Source: Bryobacterales bacterium (lineage in GTDB: Bacteria > Acidobacteriota > Terriglobia > Bryobacterales > Bryobacteraceae). Taken from it: a stretch of 64,000 nucleotides of DNA. Every line of letters begins with the position of its first letter. Within the stretch, counting starts at the first letter, position 1. Positions 45,046 to 53,767 of this stretch are shown piece by piece. The notes beneath the pieces are model-generated. The model was given only the letters and a program-made list of their open reading frames with translations. It had not been told where the DNA came from and searched no databases. Made by a program: the position numbers and the translations under genes. The stretch is from contig JADZCI010000096.1 of the NCBI GenBank assembly GCA_020851655.1, positions 14,698 to 78,697 of the forward strand, read 5' to 3'.

Positions 45046-46493
45046 CAGGCGCCTCCGCGAGCGGACAGAACCCACGTGTCTTTGCTGCCCCCGCCCTGCG
45101 ACGAATTCACCACCAGTGAACCTTTGCGAAGAGCCACTCGCGTCAGCCCTCCCGGCAACACAAAAATGTCTTGCCCGTAAAGTATATAAGGCCGCAGGTC
45201 GACGTGACGCCCTTCCAGCCGGCCGTTGATCAGTGTCGGCACGCGGGAAAGCGCGAGCGTCGGCTGTGCGATGTAGTTTCGCGGGTTGGCTTCGATTTTC
45301 GCCGCGAAGTCCTCGCGCTGCGCCGCGGTCGAATGCGGGCCGACCAGCATTCCGTAGCCGCCGGCTTCGTTGGCCGACTTCACCACCAGCTTGTCGAGGT
45401 TGGCCAGCACATGCTGCCGGTCGGAGTCACGCCAGCAGAGATAGGTCGGAACGTTCGGCAGGATGGCGTCCTCGCCTTCGTAGTAGCGGATCATTTCAGG
45501 AACGTAGGAGTAGACAACCTTGTCGTCCGCCACACCGTTGCCCGGCGCGTTCGCCAGCGCCACGTTCCCCGCCCGGTAAGCCTCCAATAGACCTGGCACC
45601 CCCAGCATCGAGTCCTTGCGAAACGCCTCAGGATCCATGAAGTCGTCGTCAATCCGCCGGTAGATGACATCCACCTTGCGCAGTCCCTTGGTGGTGCGCA
45701 TCCACACCATGCGGTCATGCACCACCAGGTCGCGTCCCTCGACCAATTGGATACCCATTTGCTGCGCCAGAAAACTGTGCTCGAAATAGGCCGAGTTGTA
45801 CATGCCAGGCGTGAGCAGAACGACAATCGGTTTGCCGGAGGCGGTCTCAGGCGCAATGGACTCCAGCATCTCCAACAGTCGGCTTGGATACACGTCCACC
45901 GGCCGGACATCCAAACCTTCAAAAACCTGTGGGAACGTCCGCTTCATGATGTCGCGGTTTTCCAGGACGTAGGAAACGCCCGAGGGTACTCGCAGATTGT
46001 CCTCGAGGACATAAACCTGGCCGTCGCCATGGCGCACCAGGTCGGTGCCCGTAATGTGGCACCAAACCCGGCGCGGCGGGTCTATCCCGTGACACTGCGG
46101 CCGGAAGAACGTTGCCGACCGGATGATGTCTTCCGGGATCACCTTGTCTTTCAGAATTTTCTGGTCATGATAGATGTCGTCGATGAACTCGTTCAACGCG
46201 TGAATGCGCTGCTTGAGGCCTCGTTCGATCCATGCCCATTCTTGCGCGCCGACAATCCTGGGAACCAGATCGAACGGAAAGATCTTTTCAGCGCCCGCCG
46301 AGTCTCCGTAGACGTTGAAGGTGATGCCCATTTGCAGCAGCATTCGCTCCGCAACTTTTTGGCAGCGAACCAGTTGGCCGTCTTCTAGTGAAGCGAGGGT
46401 CTCCAGCAGCAGACGGGCTTCAGGGCGCGCCGTGCCACTCGCCTCAAACATCTCGTCGTGGAAACCTTCAGTTTGATAAGCGTCCAACCACAC
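45045..46493 (-). CDS. circularly permuted type-2 ATP-grasp protein
   Basis: 482 aa. Conserved blocks: [78 protein letters not shown]. Confidence 0.9.
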   Translation of the reverse strand: MWLDAYQTEGFHDEMFEASGTARPEARLLLETLASLEDGQLVRCQKVAERMLLQMGITFNVYGDSAGAEKIFPFDLVPRIVGAQEWAWIERGLKQRIHALNEFIDDIYHDQKILKDKVIPEDIIRSATFFRPQCHGIDPPRRVWCHITGTDLVRHGDGQVYVLEDNLRVPSGVSYVLENRDIMKRTFPQVFEGLDVRPVDVYPSRLLEMLESIAPETASGKPIVVLLTPGMYNSAYFEHSFLAQQMGIQLVEGRDLVVHDRMVWMRTTKGLRKVDVIYRRIDDDFMDPEAFRKDSMLGVPGLLEAYRAGNVALANAPGNGVADDKVVYSYVPEMIRYYEGEDAILPNVPTYLCWRDSDRQHVLANLDKLVVKSANEAGGYGMLVGPHSTAAQREDFAAKIEANPRNYIAQPTLALSRVPTLINGRLEGRHVDLRPYILYGQDIFVLPGGLTRVALRKGSLVVNSSQGGGSKDTWVLSARGGA

Positions 46494-46576
46494 TTCACAC
46501 CCTCCCTGGGGAGCGGCACTTCTTCCCGAGCTAACCGATTCTCGCAGGAATCCGGTAATCCGGACAATCCAAAGAT

Positions 46577-48430
46577 CTAATGAGGCCTATAGATGGCATT
46601 CACCAGGCGAGTGGTGTATTCGGATTTCACACGGTCCGGCGCCTTGGGATCAGTCAGCGGAAGCGCCTTGACCTGGCTCCGGATCGAATCCGCCTTGTTG
46701 CCAAGCGCATCGATAGCGTTCAGCGCCTGTATCGCAACGTAGGCCCCGTTCCGGACACAATCGGCGAGCCCCAGGAGCAACGGCAGCACACTTTCGAGAT
46801 CCGTGGCGGACCCGAACCGTCCCAATGCCTCCGCGGCGGTAATCTGTACGCTCGGTGAGGTATCCTTCAACGCCTTCTCCAGCGACTCTCTCGTCGCGGC
46901 AACTTCGCTGGCGCCCCTCATCAATACACCCATGACGCCCCAGTACCGGACGCCACTGTCGGCATCCGAGATGGCTTTCTTCAGTTGGCTCGTAACCCCC
47001 GGTTTCAGCGATGCCGCCAATTCGGCCGCGGCGAGAACCCGCGCCGCGGGGTACGCCGCGGCGTCGTGGCCCATTTCATACGGCGCCCTGGCGCCCGCGC
47101 GCGAATGCATCTCGGCTTCAGGCAGCAGACCGGCATCCCGAATGTGCAATTCGTGCTCGTGGTGCACTTTTCGGAACCTCGCCATCACTGCTGCGTGGTC
47201 GGGCGCGGTGGCAAGGTTCTTGACCTCATCCGGGTCGGTTCGCAGGTCATACAACTCCTCGGCGGGCTTTGGCTCCCAGAAATAGGTTTGCGGAGGCTTG
47301 AGCTTGCCTTCTTTGTACAGCCGCTCCCAAACGCGTGTGGTGGGCGTCTCCCACATGTAAGCCAGGTATTGCCCGTAGATCTTGTGTGGCATGTAGTTCC
47401 TGACGTACACATAGTTCTGATCCCGCACCGAGCGGATGCAATCGTAACGCTCGTCCATCCGGCCCCGGAAGCCAAATGAATACGGGCGCGGAGACGTGTG
47501 ATGCGGCCCCATGAAGGCGTGTCCCTGGTAAAATTCCGGTGCTTTGAGGCCGGCAAGGCTCAGCATGGTTGGCGCGAGGTCGACGAAGCTTACCAGCCGG
47601 TTACTCTTGCCGCCCACCGCATACTCTTTGGGCGCCAGGGATCGGAACTTTTCTGGAATCGACGCCACAATCGACACGTTGAGACCGGAGTTGTATGGCC
47701 AGCGCTTGCTTCTTGGCATCCCGGATCCGTGGTCGCCGAAAAAGAAGACAATCGTGTCTCGCTCCAGACCGTCCTGCTCCAGTTCCGCCAGGATGCGGCC
47801 TGCCTGGCCATCCATGGTTGTGATGTTGTCGTAGTACTGCGCCCAATCCTGCCGGACTTCCAGGGCGTCTGGATGATAGGCCGGCACGCGCGCCTTGGCT
47901 GGATCGTGCACCCACTTGTGCGGCCGCGTCCGGATTTGACTCTCATGGGTGATGGTGAAGTTAAATACGGCAAAGAACGGCTGCCCCGGTGCGCGATTCC
48001 TCCAATGCGCCTTGGTGCTCGAATCGTCCCAGGTGCCCGGCGGTTTCTCCAGGTTGTAGTCTTCCTTCACGTTGTTCGAACAGTAGTAGCCGGCCTCCCG
48101 TAAGTACCCCGGAAACATCTTCCACCCCGCCGGCATCCGCGTCATCGATCGCATGTGTTCCGAGCCGGTGGAAGGCGGGTAGACACCCGAGATGATCGTA
48201 GTCCGCGCCGGAGCGCAGACGGGGGCGTTCGACCATGCGTTCATGTAGATGGTTCCACGGCTGCACAACTTGTCCAGGTTGGGCGTCACCGAGTAGGAGT
48301 CGCCGCAGGCGTGCAAGTGTGGCCCTGTATCCTCGCAGGTCAGCCAGAGAATGTTGGGCCGGGGTCCTGGCGCGCCGCTTATGGCGGTAGTGGATGCCAA
48401 CCCCGCGCTGAAGCGCCGCCGTGTAATCAA
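46577..48430 (-). CDS. sulfatase with C-terminal HEAT/PBS-lyase-like repeat region, Tat-like signal
   Basis: Tat-like signal [13 protein letters not shown]. Motifs [11 protein letters not shown] and the CxPxR motif [14 protein letters not shown]. The C-terminal roughly 160 aa carry HEAT-like repeats ([14 protein letters not shown]..., [18 protein letters not shown]). TTG start overlaps the GH78 stop. Confidence 0.85.
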   Translation of the reverse strand: MITRRRFSAGLASTTAISGAPGPRPNILWLTCEDTGPHLHACGDSYSVTPNLDKLCSRGTIYMNAWSNAPVCAPARTTIISGVYPPSTGSEHMRSMTRMPAGWKMFPGYLREAGYYCSNNVKEDYNLEKPPGTWDDSSTKAHWRNRAPGQPFFAVFNFTITHESQIRTRPHKWVHDPAKARVPAYHPDALEVRQDWAQYYDNITTMDGQAGRILAELEQDGLERDTIVFFFGDHGSGMPRSKRWPYNSGLNVSIVASIPEKFRSLAPKEYAVGGKSNRLVSFVDLAPTMLSLAGLKAPEFYQGHAFMGPHHTSPRPYSFGFRGRMDERYDCIRSVRDQNYVYVRNYMPHKIYGQYLAYMWETPTTRVWERLYKEGKLKPPQTYFWEPKPAEELYDLRTDPDEVKNLATAPDHAAVMARFRKVHHEHELHIRDAGLLPEAEMHSRAGARAPYEMGHDAAAYPAARVLAAAELAASLKPGVTSQLKKAISDADSGVRYWGVMGVLMRGASEVAATRESLEKALKDTSPSVQITAAEALGRFGSATDLESVLPLLLGLADCVRNGAYVAIQALNAIDALGNKADSIRSQVKALPLTDPKAPDRVKSEYTTRLVNAIYRPH

Positions 48431-51033
48431 TTGCCACCTCCGTGCCGTTTGATGATCCCTTGAAACTGATGCCGTCCTGAGCCGGTGCGTGAGATGGAAC
48501 CTCCAGGCAGGCGGACCGCGGCTGTCATCCCCGGCGGAATTTCAACATCCAGCTTCAACCGTTCCCCCTCGGTTTCCCAATTCACCTTAACCGGCCCGCG
48601 TGGCGAATTCCACTCGGCCTTGACCCACTTGACATCGCCCGCCGGGTCCGGCTCGATCAAGATATTTCTGAGCCCGGGCGACCGAGGGTCGGGCCGGATT
48701 CCCGCCAGCCCTCCGTAGAACCACTCCTCGATATGTCCGAGCATCAGGTGATTCTGCGAGCTATGAGGATTGGCGTCCCAAGCCTCGGTGAGCGAGGTCG
48801 CCCCAGCCGAAAGTTGAGCCGCATAGCTTGGCGCTACAGGATTGTTGGCCAGGTCAAAGACCACGTCGCTCCGCTTGGCTTCCAGTAAGGCGCGCAGCAC
48901 GTACCGGTAACCAATATCGCCGGCGCTCGTATGATTGCCGCGCCCGCGTATGTCGCTGGCCAGCTTTTCGACCAGCGATGCGCGCGCCTCCGGCGGAGCG
49001 AGGTTGAACGCCAGCGGCATCGCCAGGGATGTCTGGCTGCCCGTCGCGTAGGTCTTCCGCTGGGCATCATAATACTCGCGATTGAACCGGGCCCGCGTTT
49101 CCGCGGCGCGGCCAGCGTAGTGTTGCGCGTCGGCCTCGAACCCGAGCATCCTTGCCACCCGTTCCAGAACGCGCAGATCCTCGTAATAGGTAGCCGTGGC
49201 GGTCACACCTTGTGGCGTCAGTTGCGAATACCCTGGTCCTTTCGGACCGATGTCATACCAGTCCCCTAGTCCGTACTTAAGCAGTCCGTCCTCGGTTCTC
49301 GACCCCAGGTAATTCACATAGCCCTTCATCATCAGGTAGGAGTCCTTCAGCACTGAACGGTCGCCATACCAATTCCAAGCCTGCCACGGCACAAAGACCG
49401 AGGCGGAGCCCCATTCCGGCGAGTCACGGAAACCGCCTCGAAAGGCAACGTACTCCGGCGCAATGTCCGGCACCAGGCCGTTCACCATTTGCGACTCCCG
49501 CATGTCGCGAGATGTCTTGGGAAGCAGGGTCCGGAGATCCCAGTTGTACATGAGTGAGGCGCCCATCAAGTAGGTCTGCTCGAGCCATCCCAGCTTCTCC
49601 CGATGCGGACAGTCTGTGATCACATGCTGCAAATTGCTGCGGATCGCCGCATCGATCAATGCGTGAATCCGGTTGAACCGTTCGTTGGAACTCGAAAACG
49701 AGCCTACGCGCGGCGCGTCGAGATGAACGAATTGCCCCTCCAGCTTCTCAACCTTGGCGTCTCCCTCCACCTGTACGTACCGGAATCCGTAATAGCTGAA
49801 GCGCGGCGACCAGGTCTCCGATCCACGGCCGTTCAGCGTGTAGCTGAACCACACCGGACTTCCCGAAGACCTTTGGCTCACCAGTCCGGAGCCATCCAAC
49901 AGCTCGCCGGGCGTCATCTTTACCGCCGAGCCCGCCGGCCCGCTGACCGTGGCCCGGGGCCAGCCGGAGAAGTTCTGCCCCAAGTCATAGACCGTGATGC
50001 CAGGCTTTGGCTGCGTGATCCTGACAGCCTGGAAAGTCTGCTGCACGCGAATCGGCGGGCTGGATTGCGCTCTCATCGCGCCGCCGGGCGCCTCCACGGT
50101 CGTGACGCTTTGCCAGGCGGAAGCATCGAAGCCAGGCTGGTCCCAGCCGCTCAGCTCATTCCGTGCGTCATAGTCTTCGCCTCCAAAGATGCACGAGAAC
50201 GTCACCGGACCTTCCCGCGTCCGCCAGGCGCTGTCCGTAGCGACGTCAGTGGTTTTCCCGTCGGAAAATTCGATGTGCAGCATCATCCAAAGCCGCGGAT
50301 GACCGAATGAGCCTGTGTATTTCGTGTACCGCCCGCCGGCCACGTTGTAGAAGCCGTTTCCCAGCATCACTCCCACGGCGTTCGGACCCGGCCTTAACCG
50401 CTCCGTAATGTCGAATGTCTCGTACATCACCGTCGCCCGGTAATTCGTCCAAGCGGGCGCCAGCACATGGTCGCCGATGCGCGCACCATTCACATGCAGT
50501 TCGTGGAAACCGGCGCCCGCCACCATGGCCACAGCCCGCCGCACGGGCTTGTCTGCCGTAAACTCCCTGCGAAACAACGGCAGAGGACCGGAGCGCAGGC
50601 TGTGGTCGGGATGAGCGATCCATGCGCCTTTCATGTCGCCCGGGCTTAACATCGCCGTCGTCCACGACGCTGCTGCGCTCCACTCGGATGGCTTCAGACT
50701 TTGGTCCCATACCCGAACCCGCCACCAATACTGTTGGAATGGGTGCATCGCGGAACCGCGATACTCGATCCACAGGCTCTCCGGGGACGCCACCCGCCCT
50801 GAGTCCCACATGCCGGGTGAATTCAGCCCTTCAGGGCTCGTCGCAACCACGATCTGATAAGCCGTCTGGCCGAGGCCGGCTTGGTCCGCCGCCAGTTTCC
50901 ACGACAAGCGGGGACGGAGGTTGTCGATGCCGGCGGGATTGACGCGCGCCTCACACTCCAGGCCGTAGGGTGTGAGGCCCGCGGCCGCCGTGGACGCCGC
51001 AATGCAAATTAAACCGGCGAAGCGAAAATTCAT
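48427..51033 (-). CDS. alpha-L-rhamnosidase (GH78)
   Basis: 868 aa with a signal peptide. LECEARVNPAGIDNLRPRLSWKL is the typical GH78 N-terminal block. The six-hairpin catalytic region contains TDCPHREKLGWLE. Confidence 0.85.
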   Translation of the reverse strand: MNFRFAGLICIAASTAAAGLTPYGLECEARVNPAGIDNLRPRLSWKLAADQAGLGQTAYQIVVATSPEGLNSPGMWDSGRVASPESLWIEYRGSAMHPFQQYWWRVRVWDQSLKPSEWSAAASWTTAMLSPGDMKGAWIAHPDHSLRSGPLPLFRREFTADKPVRRAVAMVAGAGFHELHVNGARIGDHVLAPAWTNYRATVMYETFDITERLRPGPNAVGVMLGNGFYNVAGGRYTKYTGSFGHPRLWMMLHIEFSDGKTTDVATDSAWRTREGPVTFSCIFGGEDYDARNELSGWDQPGFDASAWQSVTTVEAPGGAMRAQSSPPIRVQQTFQAVRITQPKPGITVYDLGQNFSGWPRATVSGPAGSAVKMTPGELLDGSGLVSQRSSGSPVWFSYTLNGRGSETWSPRFSYYGFRYVQVEGDAKVEKLEGQFVHLDAPRVGSFSSSNERFNRIHALIDAAIRSNLQHVITDCPHREKLGWLEQTYLMGASLMYNWDLRTLLPKTSRDMRESQMVNGLVPDIAPEYVAFRGGFRDSPEWGSASVFVPWQAWNWYGDRSVLKDSYLMMKGYVNYLGSRTEDGLLKYGLGDWYDIGPKGPGYSQLTPQGVTATATYYEDLRVLERVARMLGFEADAQHYAGRAAETRARFNREYYDAQRKTYATGSQTSLAMPLAFNLAPPEARASLVEKLASDIRGRGNHTSAGDIGYRYVLRALLEAKRSDVVFDLANNPVAPSYAAQLSAGATSLTEAWDANPHSSQNHLMLGHIEEWFYGGLAGIRPDPRSPGLRNILIEPDPAGDVKWVKAEWNSPRGPVKVNWETEGERLKLDVEIPPGMTAAVRLPGGSISRTGSGRHQFQGIIKRHGGGN

Positions 51034-51157
51034 TCTGGTCTGCCTCTCATGGGACGGGCGTGCGAAGCCACTGTGCGAAACTGCAGCGTATCACTCGCCG
51101 CTGGGCGATGAAGGCAATCACCCTGGAAACCTCGAAAGCCGTTATGATCTTCTTGTC

Positions 51158-52531
51158 GTGCCTCCCTCCAACCGCCGGGATTTCTTGCGTCTCTGTGCCG
51201 CCGGCGCCGCCCAGCCGGCCCCGCCACGCAAACCGAATTTCGTCGTCATTGTCACCGATGACCATGGGATCGGTGACGTGGGATGCTACGGAGTTCCCGA
51301 AGCGCGAACACCCAACCTCGACCGCCTGGCCGCTTCCGGTGTCCGGTTCTCCCAGTGGTACTCGAATGCTCCAGTCTGCTCCGCATCCCGCGCCGCCATC
51401 ATGACCGGCAAGTACCCGGACCGCACGGGTGTCCAGGGCGCCTTGCCGTCACAACCGTCCTGGGACGTTCCGGGACTCCGCCAGGGAGAGACCACGCTCC
51501 CCAGGCTGCTCCGCGCGCATGGCTACCGCACTGGCGCGGTTGGAAAGTGGCATTTGGGCAGCGCCCCGCCGAGCCGCCCTATGGCGCAAGGATTCGACGA
51601 GTTCTTTGGCTGGTACTCCGGCTGGCTCGATGCCTATTCGCACCGCTACTACCAGTTGGGTTCTCCGCCGGGCAAGATTTTTCACGACCTCTGGCGCAAC
51701 GGCAAAGAGGTATTTGAAGAGCCCGCCTACATGACCGAACTTCTGGGGCGTGAAGCGCAGGCCTTCTTGTCGCGCCAGAGCGCGCGCCAGCCCTTCTTCC
51801 TCTACCTCGCCTTCGGCGCGCCGCATTACACCATGATGGCCCCCGCCAGGTATCTCAATCGCTTTCCCGCTTCCATGGAACGCGACCGGCGGACACACCT
51901 TGCCATGGTCGCCGCCGTCGATGACGTAGTGGGTTCTGTTCTGGACCAGCTCAAGAAACAAGGACTGGAACAAGACACGGTCGTTTTCTTTCAGGCTGAC
52001 AACGGAGCCACTCGCGAAGTGCGGGCCTCAAGCTACGGAGAGCCCTACATCGGCGGGAGCAACGGCCGGTACCGTGGTTACAAGCTGGGGCTTTTCGATG
52101 GCGGCATGCACGTTCCCGCGCTCTTGCGAATCCCTGGCGTGACCAAGCCTGGACAGGTCTGGGACCGCCCCATGGCCTCGATGGACCTGTTGCCGACATT
52201 CCTGTCTCTGGCCGCGCCGCAGGCGCCCAAGCCTGCCGGCACAGACGGCCAGAACATCCTACCCGTCCTGGCCGGAAAGGCGCCGCCGCACGAGAACCTG
52301 TTCTGGAGCTTCAACAAAGAGCGCGCGGTACGCCATGGTGATTGGAAGCTCATTCTCAACCCTCCAAGGTTTCCCGGCGACCCGGATCCTGGCGCCGTCT
52401 GGCTCTCCAACCTCGAAGCAGACCCATCGGAGAAAACCAACCTTGCCGCATCCGAGCCTGATCGTGTTCGGGCACTGACCGGTATGATTCATCAGTGGGA
52501 GTTGGACGTCGGCATGCCGCGAGTGGACTAA
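51158..52531 (+). CDS. sulfatase (S1 family)
   Basis: Motifs NFVVIVTDDHGIGD and the C-x-A-x-R motif APVCSASRAAIMTG. Probable GTG start at 51158 gives a Tat-like NRRDFLRLCAAGAA. The ORF-track start at 50972 would overlap the divergent GH78 gene. Confidence 0.8.
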   Translation: MPPSNRRDFLRLCAAGAAQPAPPRKPNFVVIVTDDHGIGDVGCYGVPEARTPNLDRLAASGVRFSQWYSNAPVCSASRAAIMTGKYPDRTGVQGALPSQPSWDVPGLRQGETTLPRLLRAHGYRTGAVGKWHLGSAPPSRPMAQGFDEFFGWYSGWLDAYSHRYYQLGSPPGKIFHDLWRNGKEVFEEPAYMTELLGREAQAFLSRQSARQPFFLYLAFGAPHYTMMAPARYLNRFPASMERDRRTHLAMVAAVDDVVGSVLDQLKKQGLEQDTVVFFQADNGATREVRASSYGEPYIGGSNGRYRGYKLGLFDGGMHVPALLRIPGVTKPGQVWDRPMASMDLLPTFLSLAAPQAPKPAGTDGQNILPVLAGKAPPHENLFWSFNKERAVRHGDWKLILNPPRFPGDPDPGAVWLSNLEADPSEKTNLAASEPDRVRALTGMIHQWELDVGMPRVD

Positions 52532-52552
52532 CTTTGAGAGCCTGAGAGCAGA

Positions 52553-53767
52553 TTGTTCCTGCTGATCGACATTTCGCGGGTTGCATTGTTTGCGCTGGCT
52601 GCCGCCCACCAAAGCCCGGACGCGGCCGAGACAATTCGTCTCCTCGATTCAGGGCAACCAACCGAAGCCGCCCGGGTTCTCGGTCCGGCCCTTGTTCAGT
52701 CATCGGCGGACACTCTGCTCTTAGCGCTGAAGGCTCGCGTGCTCTGGGCGCAGGGTCAAAAAACCGGCGCCTTCACCGCCGCCCAGGCGGCGGAGAAAAC
52801 CGGTCTCAAGGACCCCTCCACCCAGCACCATCTGGCCCTCTACTATGCGCAGTCGGGCAACCGGAAGAGGGCGGCCGAGCTAGAGTCCATGTACGCTGTT
52901 TCGCCCGAAGCCGACCGGGCGGCGCCCGCGCGCGCGGCGCTGCTCAACTTCGAAACAGGCCGCCTGTCGCAGGCCATCTCGCTCGGCGAGCGCGCGCTCG
53001 CCATCGAAGACCGCGCCGAGATTCATCTCATGCTGGCCCGGGCCTACGAAAGAGCAGCCAGACCGGATGAGGCAATCCGGCACTACGATGCGCTGCTTGC
53101 CGCCAACCCCTTTGATGAGGAAACCTACGCGTCCTACGGGCAGGCTCTGCTGCGTATGGGACGGTTTCCGAAAGCTATCTCGGTTCTCGAAGAAGGCCAG
53201 GAGAAATTCGACAAGAGCCCGCAAATCACCCTTGCGCTTGGTGTCGCCTACTACGGACAGCGGCGTTTTGCCGAGGCCGGCGGCCGCTTCCTGCGAGTCA
53301 TCGACCTTTCTCCAGCGGTCCCACAGCCGTATCTCTTCCTGTCCAAGATGCTCGATCACCTGGAACCTCGCATGCCGGACGTCGTGAGCCGGTTCGAGGC
53401 CTGGAATCGAGCGGAGACCACCTCACCGTTTCCTCCCCTTGTCCTAGGCAAAGCTCTGGTGCTGGCAGGCCAAGCGGAACGTGCCGAGTCTCTCTTTCGT
53501 GAATCGATTCGCCGCCGCGACAATCTCTGGGAGTCCCACTTCGAGCTTGGCCAGGCCTTCGACGCCCGCGGAGACCTGGCCGGCGCCGCGCGCGAGTACC
53601 GGCGCGCCATCGAGATCAGCCCCAAACAGCCGCCGCCGCACTACAAACTGGCGCGTGTCTACGTGCGTCAGGGGTTGCTCAAGAAAGCCGAAGCGGAACG
53701 CCAGTTGCACAGCCGCCTTGTCGACGAGGAGAGCCACCGGGGACTCTCACCCGAGGGGGTCCCGTGA
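52553..53767 (+). CDS. TPR repeat protein (secreted)
   Basis: 404 aa with a hydrophobic N-terminus and multiple TPR-like helix pairs. Its stop overlaps the next gene. Confidence 0.7.
   Translation: MFLLIDISRVALFALAAAHQSPDAAETIRLLDSGQPTEAARVLGPALVQSSADTLLLALKARVLWAQGQKTGAFTAAQAAEKTGLKDPSTQHHLALYYAQSGNRKRAAELESMYAVSPEADRAAPARAALLNFETGRLSQAISLGERALAIEDRAEIHLMLARAYERAARPDEAIRHYDALLAANPFDEETYASYGQALLRMGRFPKAISVLEEGQEKFDKSPQITLALGVAYYGQRRFAEAGGRFLRVIDLSPAVPQPYLFLSKMLDHLEPRMPDVVSRFEAWNRAETTSPFPPLVLGKALVLAGQAERAESLFRESIRRRDNLWESHFELGQAFDARGDLAGAAREYRRAIEISPKQPPPHYKLARVYVRQGLLKKAEAERQLHSRLVDEESHRGLSPEGVP

Noticed and set aside
37277-46493. Anbu (ancestral proteasome beta subunit) operon
   Set aside because: The ATP-grasp, alpha-E and transglutaminase partners are present. 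No roughly 240-aa Ntn-hydrolase/proteasome-like ORF is encoded in or next to the operon.
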